From Octopus vulgaris (lineage: Eukaryota), in assembly GCA_951406725.2 (NCBI GenBank), contig OX597817.1, forward strand, positions 21,018,001 through 21,082,000: a DNA stretch of 64,000 nt, written 5' to 3'. Both the position numbers and the translations under genes were made by a program. The notes under the pieces were generated by a model. That model worked only from the letters and a program-made list of their open reading frames with translations, had not been told where the DNA came from and ran no database searches. Shown here one piece after another: positions 1 to 14,890 of this stretch; position 1 is the first letter of the stretch; each line of letters starts with the position of its first letter.

Positions 1-297
1 GACTCTATTGAGCATAAGTTGATAATTTTAACTAATTATATGTTTTTAATATTTTGCCTATTTTTTAATCACTATATTAGATTATATATTCGCTTATATG
101 TTGCCTTGATTTTCTTTATATACTTCTCTCTCCTTCTCGATTTACATACAGTAGTATCCCAATATGTATATATATACTATTTGGAGTAATAGTTCCACAG
201 AAGAACAAGATAATACAACAAAAATGCAAAAACTACGATTCTTATGTAAAATTTATATTCAGTTTTCATTTCATTCTCACGTCCTAAACTATATCTA

Positions 298-366
<69 letters not shown>

Positions 367-413
367 CTTTCTCTCTCTCTATGTATGTATATATGTATAG
401 ATGTATATATATA

Positions 414-845
414 AATCCTTAAAATCCATAAAATGTTTCAGCCCGAAGGCTGCGACCATGCTGGGACACCACAGTTGAATGAACTACACTAGTATTTGAA
501 ACCACCTCTGATACGTAGCACCTGATCAACAAGGGAGTTCGATGCCGCTGCCCGCATCTGTGTTTCCTGCCGAGAGGTAGGTTCAACTGGGACCCTGACA
601 AGAAGATATCCGGTTTAGTTTTAAGTAACCCACACCCACACCATGCAGGTCTCTTAGGCATTTAGGAAGGATATTGAAGAGATGTGGTTCCCTGAAACCC
701 AAGCTGTTGCGGTATCTGGTCCTGCATTTTGATGGTATTGTTGGAATATTTGACAACATGCAGTGGCGCCCCTTTCTGCTGTTGGGGTAACTTTGAATGC
801 CAAAGTTTGGGACAAGACCTTGCAGGATTTTCCCGATGTATATCA

Positions 846-849
<4 letters not shown>
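414..849 (-). mobile_element. CR1-clade LINE, 5'-truncated 3' fragment
   Basis: Minus-strand peptide ...RKGRHC...[29 protein letters not shown] resembles the CR1 ORF2 C-terminus; 3' stem-loop tail ggtgtcccagcatggtcgcagccttcgggctgaaac. Confidence 0.85.
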
Positions 850-928
<79 letters not shown>

Positions 929-1065
929 CATATATATATAGAAAGAGATATAGATATAGTTTGGACGTGAGAATGAAATGAAAACTCATTATAAATCTTA
1001 CATAAGAATCGTATATTTTGCATTTTTGTTGTATTATCTTGTTCTTCTGAGGAACCATTACTCCA

Positions 1066-1655
<590 letters not shown>

Positions 1656-1989
1656 TAGATATATATATACATATTGGGATATTGGGATACTAACGTATGT
1701 AAAGCAAGAAGGAGAGAGAAGTATATAAAGAAAATAAAGGCAACATGTAAGCGAATATATAATTTAATATAGTGGATTAAAAAACGTATATATATATATA
1801 TATGCATATATATATATATACGTTTCTGCGTTTGTACCTGTATAATTTGTTTGATTGGACGTAAAATTACTTTTATAAAGGCACACTTTCGATTTAACTT
1901 ACATTGTCAACATTACACATTTTCTTGATTTTTCGTTCTTTAAATGTTTTTTCAGAGGTAAATTCTCATTAAAATTACAATGTCCGCAT

Positions 1990-1990
<1 letters not shown>

Positions 1991-2043
<53 letters not shown>

Positions 2044-2160
2044 ACACACACACACCCATGCACACACACATACACACACTCTCTATCTCTCCTTCTCCCT
2101 CTCTCTCTCTCTCTCTTTCACAAACACACACACGTGCAGAAACGCACAAACACACACACG
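1991..2160. repeat. (CA)n/(CT)n microsatellite
   Basis: Directly visible. Confidence 0.95.
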
Positions 2161-2413
2161 TATACATCAGTTTAGCGAGGCAGAACTTTATAGATAGATA
2201 CATACATACATAGATACATACATACAAAGACAGTAAATAGATTAATAGATAAGTGTCTACATGCATAAATTAAAAATGCCACACAAATTAATATTTATGT
2301 ACGTAAGACATGGGAATAAAAATGAATTTTTTCATTAAAGATAAGGGTAGAAAATAAAATAAATTTATGATCAATATAAGAGGAATTTGAAATAAATATT
2401 ATTTATGCGAATG

Positions 2414-2509
<96 letters not shown>

Positions 2510-2532
2510 TTAATAATAATAATAATAATAAT

Positions 2533-3503
2533 ACATGAATGCAGAGATATTCGTACTAATAAATGGCAAGAAAAAGCCTCTCAATGGCAAATACCCAAAC
2601 ATAGCTAATTGTGCTGGTGTTGACAAAGCTCTTACCCATCAATGGTTAGTGTCGTCTGGCTTAAAATCAAAAACAGAAGGCTTTATTCATAGCAGCCTAA
2701 GATCAGGGCCTACCTACAAGAAACTACCAGCCGAATATATTAAAGAACGGCAGTAGCTCAGCATGTCGTGTATGTAAAGAATAAAATTAGAACAGTGATC
2801 ATGTTGTCTCCATGTGTTGTCTTCTTGTGCCTTCAGAGTACCTCAACAGGCATGATGGAGCTGCACAATATATTCACTGGGTAATTTACAAAATCCTGGA
2901 CCTCCCTCGTGATAAAAGCTGGTGGGAACCAAAAACAAACCCTCCCTCAGTGCTTGAAAATGGCTACATCTGGTTCCTCTGGAACATCACCATTCAAACT
3001 GTCAGAAAGATAGATGCGAATAGGCCAGACATTATACAGAAAAACTTCAGACAAATATCATGCCCACTCATTTATATAACTGTCCCAATCAACATAAATG
3101 TAACTGTCAACACTTACCTAGAAAAGAGCAAGTATAAAGATCCTGAAATAGAAGTTGGCAAAATGTGGAACCTCAAGAAAATGCAATATATATTGTCATA
3201 GGTGCATTAGGAATAATAGCAGAAGGGACGGATTCCTGCATAGCTCAGATACCAGGAAACCCCAAAATAGCAGAAATTCAAAAGATAGTGCTCATGAGAA
3301 CTGCCCGAATAAGACAACAATGTGATCTCAAGTTTTGAAACAAACTCATAATTTTCTTATGTTTTCTTAAATATTTTCTAGAACCATTCTATGAGCAAAA
3401 CCATATATATGGCACCCTATGGATAACAACAATATAAACTTCTATCTTCTTGTCTCTGGGCGAGAATTGTTATCAACTTGTACAAAATCGAAGCAAACCT
3501 CAA

Positions 3504-3508
<5 letters not shown>
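2533..3508 (+). mobile_element. R4/Dong-clade non-LTR retrotransposon 3' fragment (zinc knuckle + RLE endonuclease), decayed
   Basis: WQEKPLNGKYP, THQWL..GLKS.TEGFI, CRVC...DHVVSMC, YLNRHD, ANRPDI, EKSKYKD, IVIGALG, IQKIVLMRTARI across frameshifts; (TAA)n on both sides (2414-2532, 3509-3557). Confidence 0.9.
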
Positions 3509-3776
<268 letters not shown>

Positions 3777-4379
3777 GCGCCATCTTTGACAGCAGCTGGG
3801 CGTGTTCATGGCTACCCTGACCACTAGTCAGCAGCCACTAATATAACCCGGCAGGGTAACGGTAAAATTAAACCAAAGACTGGAATACATACAATTTTCT
3901 GTGAGTATTTTAAATATCCCTCAATATAAGTTAGAAATTTTACATATTTACAGCTTTAGAACACACAAACGACCAACAGTAAGAAAAACAAACTTTGATA
4001 TCTACAACTTCTGTGAATACCTATCCTTTCCTGTCTTCCTTTTTATTCGGAAATGTAAACATCGTTTTTATTCTAAGTACATTATAATTTCTCTCTGTGA
4101 GGACATTCAAAAGACCATATTTAGTAAATCTCAAACCTTACTTTATATAACTTTCTGTGAAAATATTGCCCTTGTCTTTTTTTCTATTAATCTCTCCCTG
4201 TGTATTCGAATATATAAACATCGTTTCCATTGAAACAACACTACAGTATTCTCCAAGTGGACAGACAAACGTACATCTCAAGAAAACTTTGATATATTAA
4301 ATTTTGTATGAAACGTATCTTTCTATTCTCCCTGACTACCTAATTATGTAAACATACCTCTTATAGAAACGAGACAATT

Positions 4380-5767
4380 GAATTCAGAAATTCAAAGATT
4401 CAACGACGTGAATATCAGTATACACGAAATTTCCAATGAAATTCTGAAATACATCAGAACAAATAACATCACAGAAACAAATAATTTGATCAAAGCAGCA
4501 AGTAATATTGTAGTAGAAAATGGGGTTTTGATATCAAGAAAAAGAAACATAATGGGAGTGACAAAAGAAAAGATCCATGTCGGAAAAGAATAGAGATGGG
4601 GTTAGACTGAAAATGGAAACGGGGCTTAAAAGCGAACAAAAATACATGGCACTGAAAAGAAAGTATAATATTGAAAGAAAGGGCCTGAAAGTGGTAATGG
4701 ATGAACTGGAATAACGCCTCGTTGCAAAGAAAGACAAAAGTTGGTAAGATACGACCATAAATGAAGGGTTACCACCAGAATAGGTTATTCAGAGTAGATC
4801 AGAAGAGATTCAATAAAGAAATAAATGGAAACTGTACAAATGAAAAGTTGATACCAGATAACAATGAAAGTCAAAGATTTTGGAGTGACATCTGGAGCAA
4901 AGACAAGGAGCACACGAAGGGTATTGAATGGTTGCAAAAACTAAAAGAAACAGTACACTGCCCCAAACAGGCAGAACTAGTTATTTCAGTTAGGGAAATG
5001 AAGGAAATCAGCAAACAATGAGCAACTGGAACACCCCGGAACCAGATGAAGTTCAAGTCTACTAGATCAAAAGAGTTGGTGAATGTCATGCACGAATGGC
5101 TGAACAACTCACCTCCTTGTTAACTGCTGATCAAGTAACACCAGTGTGGTTGACATTGTGTAGGACAGTGCTGTGCTCGGAAAATATTCGAAAAAGCAAA
5201 TACAGTAGACAATTACAGGCCGATATCCTGTTTGCCTCTTATGCGGAAATTATTGACTGGAATTCTCGCAGTCAATGTACAATAATCTGGAAAAAATGGA
5301 GTCCTGCCCCATGAGCAGAAATGTTGCACGTGTTGGTGCAGAGCAAGCATGGTTCAATTCCTCATAGACAAAACTGTACTTAGAGACTGCAAGAGGAGGT
5401 AAAGCAACTTAGTCATGTCATGGATCGACTATCGTAATGCGTACGATATGATATCACTTTATTGAATTATGGAATGTATGAACTAATTTGGTATTATATC
5501 GATTGTAGAGCGATTGCTTGGAAAATGTATGGAGAATTGGAGGACGGACCTAACGGCATACGGAAGAAGTTTAGGGACAGTAGAAATCAGGAGGGGCATC
5601 TTCCAAGGGGACTGCCTGTCCCCACAGATCTTTGTATTGTGCTTGATACCACTAACACTGACTCTGAGGAAAGCAAAATCTGTGTATATATTCAAAAGCC
5701 GCCAACAAATAGTCAATCATTTGTTATTCATGGACGATCTCAAACATTATGGCAAAGGTGAATCCCG
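4380..5767 (+). mobile_element. R4/Dong-clade retrotransposon, reverse transcriptase region, pseudogenised
   Basis: [70 protein letters not shown] with frameshifts and stops; ends in (TAA)n. Confidence 0.92.
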
Positions 5768-5847
<80 letters not shown>

Positions 5848-5848
5848 C

Positions 5849-5918
<70 letters not shown>

Positions 5919-5922
5919 TAAC

Positions 5923-5960
<38 letters not shown>

Positions 5961-6010
5961 GAAGAAGAAGAAGAAGAAGAAGAAGTGGTAGTTGTAGTAG
6001 TAGTAGTAGA
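5768..6010. repeat. (TAA)n/(GAA)n/(TAG)n microsatellite
   Basis: Directly visible. Confidence 0.95.
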
Positions 6011-6037
6011 AATGGCTGTATGAAACTAAAATAAAAT

Positions 6038-6200
6038 GCCCGGGAGAGCTCCTACAAAAATGTGCCTCTTAGGGACCACCAGGATAATCAGGAGGGTTCT
6101 AAGCGCTTAAAAGCCTACTGAAAACTTGCTGATACCTAAGATTAGAGGTAGAAAACCGCTATCCACATAACTCTTACCAGTAATAAAACCGAACCTGACC
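6038..6200 (+). mobile_element. R4/Dong-type extreme 3' end
   Basis: ELLQK..LLGTTRIIRRVLSA* resembles the RLE retrotransposon C-terminus. Confidence 0.7.
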
Positions 6201-6514
6201 CAAACCAAAATAAGAAGGCATTACTGATTGTTAAAATCATGATAAAATTATAATGCATATATAGGAATCAAATAGTAAAAATAAATTTGTTAAAATATTA
6301 TGATGAAAGATTCTTGCTTAGTATACCTAAAAATAATAATATATTAGTGAATCTTTGATAATGAAAAATTTTTAATTAGATTTCCTAAAACTGATAAACA
6401 TTATGACATTTATTGATAATTATTCTAATATGCCAAAATTTCATATTGTTGTAGATTACATTTTCATTGAACTAATAATCAGGACTAATATTTATACATG
6501 CTATGTATACATAC

Positions 6515-6572
<58 letters not shown>

Positions 6573-6607
6573 GCATACAAACATACATACACACATATAT
6601 GTATGCA

Positions 6608-6771
6608 TGAGCTGGCGGAAACGTTAGCACGCCGAGGTAAACTTCGCCTTTCAAATTTTCGGGGTCGATAAATTTAGTACCAGTTATGCACTGGGATCGA
6701 TATAATCGACTTAATCCGTGTGTCCTTGTTTGTCCCCTCTGTCTTTAGCCCCTTGTGGGTAGTAAAGAAAT
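6608..6771 (+). mobile_element. tRNA-derived SINE family 2 (Meta-domain-like core), internally deleted
   Basis: gagctggcggaaacgttagcacgccg joined to gccttt...ggggtcgataaatttagtaccag...agccccttgtgggtagtaaagaaat; homologous to 55615-55829. Confidence 0.85.
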
Positions 6772-6780
6772 ATATATATA

Positions 6781-6832
<52 letters not shown>

Positions 6833-6937
6833 AAGGGTGAAAAGGAACACACGAGTTGATATATATGAAAAAACAAGTCAAAAATAGAAAATGCTAAAAT
6901 AATTTTATAATTTTAAAATATAATTTTAAAATATTTT

Positions 6938-6975
6938 CAGTACCGGTTTCGGTCATTTTGAGACCTTTTCAACTG
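6938..6975 (-). ncRNA. Minimal type I hammerhead ribozyme motif, U3-A8 variant
   Basis: Minus strand CAG UUGAAAA GGUC ucaaaau GACC GAAA CCGG UA CUG: stem I, core, 4-bp stem II, palindromic CCGG stem III, GUA site. Confidence 0.8.
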
Positions 6976-7665
6976 TAACGATTAAATAATTAAATTTAGA
7001 AAAATTAGAAGAAAAGTTATTTTTAAAGGAATATTTCTATAGTAGTGTTCAGATATAAGTGGCATTCTGCCTTTCTCTGACTCCCTTGTTTGCACTTGTG
7101 TGTTGGAGGTCGTTGTGAGTTCTTGGTAGGGTAGTAGAAGAAGAAGGCTGATGAGGAAAGGGGGTGGGAAAATCTGGGAGTGCCCTGATGGTCGTATTTT
7201 GAATGGTCAGTGGCGGCTAGCAGTCGCAGTTCAATTCAGGAGAATATTTCTATTGAAAGGCTTGTTTATAGAATTTGCGTAGGTGTTATACTAAAAAACA
7301 TTAGTGACAAAGTTAAGGGGTAGAAGGTGGAGAAGTAGAAGAAGAAGAAGAAGAAGATGACGATGTTGATGATGATGATGATGAAGAAGAAGAAGAAGAA
7401 GAAAGAGAAGGAGAAGATGACGATGATGATGATGGTGGTGATGATTATGGCGACGATGATGATGATAATGATGATGATGAAGAAGAAGAAGAAGGAGAAG
7501 AAAAAAACAGGGAGAATATGAATGGGTGAAAGTAGTGAGGTGTTGTATGACTTGAAGTTGGCATGTTATGGATTATAGCTGTGATTTTAGCTGTGGTTAG
7601 TAATGGATCCTTTGGAATGTAATATTTGTGTGTGTATATTTCTTTTATTCTAAAGTTGAGGTATA

Positions 7666-8160
7666 TTAATTGTTTGTCGTAGACCCGTTAAGAAGTGGCC
7701 TGTATTTTGTAATAAAGAGAGTTTCTTTACTTATTCGTTGTCTCGAGGTTGTATCGTCCCTAAATTGGTAGAGGGGGAAAATCCTGAAGCTTGGTGTTTT
7801 TTTGTTGGCGCAAGTATCTATGTGTTGGCTAAAAGATATTTTTCTGTTTTGGGGAATTTTTATCTGGGATCTGTGCAAGGCCATTCGTTTACGCAAACTA
7901 TTTTTTGTTTGGCCTATGTACTGCTCTTGACACCCGGAGCAGGTTAGTGAGTATATTAGGTTCTCCGAAGCACATGTGAAGTTGCTTTTCCCTGTAAACC
8001 GTTGTCCCTGTTTGAAGGAGAACTCTGATCCCTCAATTAGATAGTCGCATATCCCGCAATTGGGTCTTCCACATTTTTTTACTGTCGGCTTCTGTGTTGA
8101 AGAGTGAATTCGGGCTTGTGTTAGGAGACTTTTAATGGATTTAGGCTGTCTGTTGCTTGT
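7666..8160 (-). pseudogene. Penelope-like GIY-YIG endonuclease domain (uninterrupted 164-codon frame, no start codon)
   Basis: RQPKSIKSLLTQA...KKCGRPNCGICDYL...FTCASENLIYSLTCSGCQEQYIGQTKNSLRKRMALH...RISKETLFITKYRPLLN. Confidence 0.9.
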
Positions 8161-8409
8161 TCACTATAAAATTATTTTAGCATTTTCTATTTTTGACTTG
8201 TTTTTTCATATATATATACATATGCGTAGATACATTTAGTGATGAATATTATACATATTCTCTCATCAGGAATGCTATATTTACAGATAATTTATGTTGA
8301 ATAGTTTCACGTACATGGAAACCAAATACGTGAAACTATTGGTATCGTGGTTTATGCGTGTGAGGTTTTTGTACAAAATATATATACATATACATATGTA
8401 TGTTTGTGT

Positions 8410-8440
<31 letters not shown>

Positions 8441-8454
8441 AGACACACCCACAG

Positions 8455-8487
<33 letters not shown>

Positions 8488-8625
8488 AGTAGGTAGATGG
8501 GTAGGCAGATAAATTACATATATAGTTAGATGTATAGATAGATAAATATTTAGCTTGTGTCCCACATTATTGACAATGATCTGAACCAATAAGATCATTA
8601 AGGAAATGAACACCTCAATAATCAA

Positions 8626-8753
8626 AGTAGTAGAAGTGGTAGTAGTAGAAGTAGCAGTAATAGTAGTAGTAGTAGCAATATCAGCAGTAATAGTAGACGT
8701 TTTATTTGTAGTAGTAGCAGCAGCAGCAATAGTAGAAGTAGTAATAGTACTAA

Positions 8754-8789
<36 letters not shown>

Positions 8790-8869
8790 CAATAGTAGTA
8801 GTAGTTGTAGTTGTAGTTGTAGTAGCAGCAGCAACATCAGCAGCAGCAGTAGTAGTAGAAGTAGTAGTA

Positions 8870-8917
<48 letters not shown>

Positions 8918-8955
8918 CAGCAGCAGCAGCAGCCGTAGTAGTATTAGTAGTATTA
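8626..8955. repeat. (GTA)n/(GCA)n microsatellite
   Basis: Directly visible. Confidence 0.95.
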
Positions 8956-9574
8956 GTGGAAAATTTTCAAATTTTATTTATTAAACCTCAATTATGTAAA
9001 TTGTTATATGTTGCATATTAAAACATAAAACGTGGCAACAATGACTTTTAAAAGTTTAGAAATTGTAAGTGCTTTATAAAACAATGAGAGAGATGCAATT
9101 CTGACAAGGTGTTTGTATAATTGTCTCAGATTTATTTTTAACGTTTATTTGCTAAAGTTTGTAAATTCTTGACGGCGTGTGTTTTTGGAAAATTCACATC
9201 TACTAAAAGTTTTATCTTCAGTTCTCTTACTCATGATGGTAAGGCATCACAAAATGGAGGAATTTAAAAACTGTAATCTAATAAAATAAATGTACAATAT
9301 GATTTAGTTTTATTACAAAGTAATATAATATATAACTTTATATATTCAAATATCACGAAATAAATCGAATAAAAACAACATAATTTACAAAATATATAAC
9401 ACCAAGTATAAGTATATACAATGCTTATGGGAATATTTGGCGTGCGAAAATGACCAGAATATCAATTTAGTAGAGGGGTCTTAGTTAAAAGAAAAAAGAA
9501 AAACATTCTCATAAATTTCATCTGCAAGCAATACTGTTTCCATGCGTATATGTAAACACACACATATAAACGCA

Positions 9575-9611
<37 letters not shown>

Positions 9612-9686
9612 AATTAAATAATCTTATGTATTGGCTTAAGTTTTTCATTGCATGATTTGCCTAATAGTGGTTATGTCTCTGATTTA

Positions 9687-9723
<37 letters not shown>

Positions 9724-10402
9724 TAACAGCAGCAGTCGTACCTGTATTTGTATAAATAAAAAAAATAAATGGACGACTACTACTGTTACATCTGGAGGTA
9801 AACGTAGATTATCATATTCCGGTTTGCGACCCGTATCGTGTTTAAGTAACTAATACACTTAGCGTTATTACAGTTATGAAATACTGGGCATATGTAAGAA
9901 AAATTAAGATAAACAAAAGTTTATATTATTTGTTCCGGCATAAGTATTATTGTTATGGTGACTTGATACTTAGATAATCCTGATACTTAAAACATCATGA
10001 TGTTATATTTTTCATTCGTTATTTCTTCCTTTTATTCTTATATGTTCTCTTATTCCCTCCGTCTTAGTTTCTCTCCAATAATTTCCCTCTTCTTTTTCTC
10101 TATCTTGTCCTTCTGTCTATACTCACTACTTAATTCTCTGTCCCTCTCTCACTCACCATTTGCCTTTTTCTCTTCCTTTTTTTTCTCTATTTTGTTACTC
10201 TGCTAATTACATTTCTCAAGTTACCGCTTCAAAATCACTACAAGATATATCACCCTCTACCCAAAGTTTGATGGAATATGACAATCTTCGATATCCGACT
10301 TTAAAAAAAAAATAGTTGTTGTTTTGACTCGTAGTTTACTGCAAAGTGTAGACAAACACGTAAGCATTCCAGACATATACGGTTTATATTGGATGTGGAA
10401 CC

Positions 10403-10880
10403 TACAGGGATTGGACAAAATGATGGAAACACCTTAAAATTTCAAACAAACTTATTTTAAAATCGAGTAGGACCACCTTTGGCAGTAATTACAGCTTGAA
10501 TTCTACGAGGTTTGGACTCATACAAAGTTTGAATTGTTTCCAAAGGAATTTTTTTCTATTCATCAACTAAAACTGTCTCCAGTTCTTGTAGTGATAATAA
10601 TGGAGGATAGCGACTCCTTACATGTTTTTCTAAAACGCACCATAAATGTTCAATAATATTGTGGTCTTGAGACTGTGGTGGTCAGATAAGGTCTTCAACT
10701 TCACTAGAATGTTCCTCGAACCATTCAGTAACAACTTTAGCTGTGTGAATTGGTGCATTATAATTCTGAGAGATTGCACCCCCCACCCCACCCCGAGAAC
10801 ATTTCGGCAACTATAGGATGAATTTGATTACATAGAACACTTAAATAGTCTTGACTATCAATTCTGATTTGTTATAGCAG
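10403..10880 (-). mobile_element. Tc1-like DNA transposon 3' remnant
   Basis: TA + cagggattggacaaaatgatggaaacac terminal sequence; minus-strand PPQSQDHNIIEHLW and IPLETIQTLYESKPRRIQAVITAKGGPTRF. Confidence 0.85.
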
Positions 10881-11154
10881 ATAACGATAATAGAAAGTGC
10901 CAGAAAATTGACTTTACAGTCGGAAATGATGATAAATTAATGAAAGAAGTATAGCAAAAAGTACCAGAAATATTGCTATTAAGATCCTGAACCTATGATA
11001 ATTGCAGGAAAAGGTATCCGAGTAGTTATATGTGCATTGGGAGCAGCTGCGGGATTGAACTAAAAATGGCAGTAAAATAAAGTGGAACATAATTATGTAA
11101 GCCAAAACGTAATGAAAAATTACCTACAATGAAAAGGAAATATTATTGAAATGT

Positions 11155-11505
11155 AGGTCGAGAGTACATGTTGATTTCGCTCGTCCTGGTTTCTCGAAAT
11201 GAAATAACAAGAAATTTGCAAGTTTAAAAAAAAACATCCTCCTCAACTGTGATAAATCTTTTACACGAAATGTTTACAAGATTTGACGTCCCAGACAACA
11301 AACTGTCTGCAATGAAACGCAATTTGTGTCAAGCGAACTTAAAAAGCTTTATGAAACATGTAACTACTACAGCGTATCATTCCAGATCCAATGGACAGGC
11401 ACAACGCTTTGTCGATACATTCAAAAGAGCTGTTAGAAAATCAAATAAGGACATCACGGATGAGGTAGCTCTACAACAATTTTTAAGAGTGTACCATGTG
11501 ACACC
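11155..11505 (+). mobile_element. Gypsy-type LTR retrotransposon integrase remnant
   Basis: RVHVDFARP, VINLLHEMFTRFDVPD, HVTTTAYHSRSNGQAQRFVDTFKRA (rve motifs). Confidence 0.85.
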
Positions 11506-11899
11506 ATGTGACACGACTAGATATAGTCGTCGTCGACAAAAAGAGAAAACTAAATATTGGAATCAACATAGCGTTGCCATTTGACACTAGCGTAATTGAA
11601 GGAAAGGATCAAGAAGAGAACTGGGCATTTTACCGACTCGATGCATGATATCCTCATGTCCTGGATCTAGAAAATTAACAAGGTCATAACACAGCAATAA
11701 TAATTTGAAGACTTTGATTATAACTTGACTGCAGTTATAGAATAGAAATCATATTTACTGTGTTCAGAAAGAAGTATCCCAAATGTCTGCAATGCAATGT
11801 ATAAATAAATACGAAGGTTATTTTGCAAATGGTAAACTATGTTCCCTTTTGTAAACATTGAGATGTATTTGGATAGAAAATTGAAGTAAATTTGGCAAA

Positions 11900-12250
11900 T
11901 CATCAATTCTTATGAATGGAAAAATATGGCTAAAAAGCAGTACAAAATCAGACACGATAACGTGGCTAGTTTGTTCACTGGAGAATGTATGAAACATGTG
12001 GTTATGGACTATCACGGAAATGGTACGAACATGAATCAGAAGGCAAAACTGGGGAAAAATGAATATATGAACTTGTGGGGATTTTACAATCTAATATGAC
12101 CGTTTAATACATACTCGGAGACCAGACATCGTTAAAGAGGATTAACAGGAAAAAGAAACTAAAATCATAGATATTGCCATACCTGGGGATGCACGTGTAG
12201 GAGATAATGTGATGGAAAAGTTGGAAAAATACGTTACTAAAGGACGATAA
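11900..12250 (+). mobile_element. R4/Dong-type RLE endonuclease remnant
   Basis: YKIRHDNVA, WYEH, LWDFTI, RRPDIV...KIIDIAIPGDARV...EKLEKY. Confidence 0.8.
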
Positions 12251-14339
12251 TGCAAGAAGGGACAATTGGTAGACAGACACACATCCCCCCCAAAAAAGGA
12301 AGATTGTTAGATACATACATAGATATATACATGCATATATACCTAGATGAAAAGAGATATTTTTCTTTTCATTTTGTCTAGAAAAGGCTTTCAGATACTT
12401 GTGAGTTATACGAGTTTAATAAATATATATGGAAAGAGGTAAGCTGATATTTGCGGGACGAAAGAAATTCAATTACTGTGGAGATTCGACAGCAGGTATT
12501 AGGTAATATGGAGTTGGGTAAGATTGAACAAAATGTTAGTATCGTAGCGCAGAAGTATACATTAGTAAGCTTTAGTGGAGATGCTAAGAGAAGATATATC
12601 TCCCAATCAATGAAGGTAACAACCTACTGGTTCCAAAAAGTCGTGTACAAATGATTGGATTTTGTTGGTGATCGAATTCAGGCTAAATACTTAAGCTGCT
12701 ATAAAGGGTATGGAGACGTTTGTGCATGTAGAAGCAATGACGACGCACTCGTCGGGGACATTATGCACCTCAACTACCTTCGTTGTAGCGATTTAAAAGT
12801 TATTGATAACTGGCACTTTGTATGACTCTTAGGAGGAGGACCGACATTTGTGATACAGTTATTGTTTCTATTGCAGATGTAGCATGATAAAAAGAAACCG
12901 AAATTAATAGAGCAGCCTTAGCATTATAAGAGAACCTTATTTCTTTGGATTTAATTTTCATGTTCAGTGGATGAGATAACGGTTCTTAATATGTGTATGG
13001 ATCGTACCTTTCTGCTACTAAGGTAGAAAATTCAGGCAAGACTATTAAGGAAGATGATTGTTTGCACCATATTTCTCGTGATCAAAGTATTGAATTGGTG
13101 AATAACTCCAATATATAAGACAGTGCAAAAGGCCACAGTTTTTATCACTGCATGTTGATACTTAAAGGGAGTAGCAAATTCAAGTTGATAAAAGAGGTAA
13201 TTTTCTTCATCACATTAGAGGTGTTAAAAGTAAGTGTTGTTGGAAGATATTCGGTGTAGACAAAGACACATACATTAAAAAAATGTGGGATGTATTCCAG
13301 TAGAAAATTATTGAGATAGAAGAGAAAGATGGAAGGGTCGCATAAGAAAAGTGGGAAGCTCTGTAATGCATTGTTTCGAAGAAATGAAATGAATACTGTA
13401 AGGCTTTCTACGTAGAAGCACTGCTTTCGGAACTATCATGTCTGAGAAATGGAGGAAAGAAATTTACACAAATAAATAGACTCATAGATGGAATGATGGG
13501 TGTAGGGGAGACATAGCTCGATCGGTTGATCGATGGATGAACTGAAAAATAATCAGGGATAAATGTATAGGTAAATAACTAGATAACAGAAACAGATACA
13601 TATATAAGTAAAATGAATATACGATCACACACACATCCGCGTTTGCTCGCGCACGCACATACACATAAATATATACACATCTGCATGTGTTCCTTTATTG
13701 TTGTACGCTTATATGAGACAAATACATATTCTCAGTATCAATGCATACATCACTTTCCCCTTGCAATATGTGATTATGCAGTTCAGTAGTATTGTAATGG
13801 AATATTTCAGGAAAAACCGCAAAAAAAAAAAATCAATTTATTTCCAGTCAGATATTCGAAAATATTTTATCTAACATAGTTACAGAAGTTCACTTACTTA
13901 GATATCCTTTCAGATGTCGGCCAGTGAAGAATATATGATTTATTTTTATAGAAAGCAGCGAATCTAAGACATGGTTTTTCAATTTGCATTGGGATGTATC
14001 ATGTAAATTTTAGCTTAGGTGTTTATTTATGTTTGATGTATGGTTGGTATGACAACAAAAACTTCATGGATTTTATTGGGTGTCAGTTGCCTTCATAACC
14101 TTATATGCCTTATCCGAATATAATATGTCATGAATAACAAACGTCAGAAGTCATTCACTTCCAAATAGATGAGTTGAAAATACATGGTATGCAAAAATAT
14201 TATGTATATGCCTGTTGTAATTTTGTATGTTTGCATCTAAGTATAAGTATGTTTATATGAGTTGAAGAATGAGTATATATTAACGTAGACTGAGAAAGTC
14301 ATATTTTTTTACCAGTATATAGATAGACAGGTAGACATA

Positions 14340-14346
14340 TACATAC

Positions 14347-14394
<48 letters not shown>

Positions 14395-14396
14395 AC

Positions 14397-14463
<67 letters not shown>

Positions 14464-14517
14464 TATATGTTTGTATTTATGTATGTATGCATATGGATGT
14501 ATATATGTATATGTATG

Positions 14518-14568
<51 letters not shown>

Positions 14569-14814
14569 GCATACATTCACAATCACACACACACATATTT
14601 CTCTCTGTACATATACGTGTGTGTGCACGTGCGTGTATGCGTGTGTGTGCGCGTGTGTATTTACTTACGTATGTATGAATGAATGAATGTTTATCTCTCT
14701 CTTTCTCTCTCTCTCTTTCACTCTCTCTCTCTCTATATATATAGAGAGAGAGAGTGATAGATAGATAGATAGATATATAGATAGATAGATAGATAGATAG
14801 ATATATATATATAT

Positions 14815-14889
<75 letters not shown>

Positions 14890-14890
14890 T
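14340..14890. repeat. Compound (TA)n/(CT)n/(GATA)n microsatellite
   Basis: Directly visible. Confidence 0.95.

Larger units (their letters stand above)
6833..8215 (-). mobile_element. Penelope-like retroelement, 5'-truncated, with inverted terminal segment
   Basis: GIY-YIG frame, 3' region with HHR motif, perfect 51-bp inverted repeat 6859-6909/8165-8215, adjacent to (TA)n. Confidence 0.88.
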
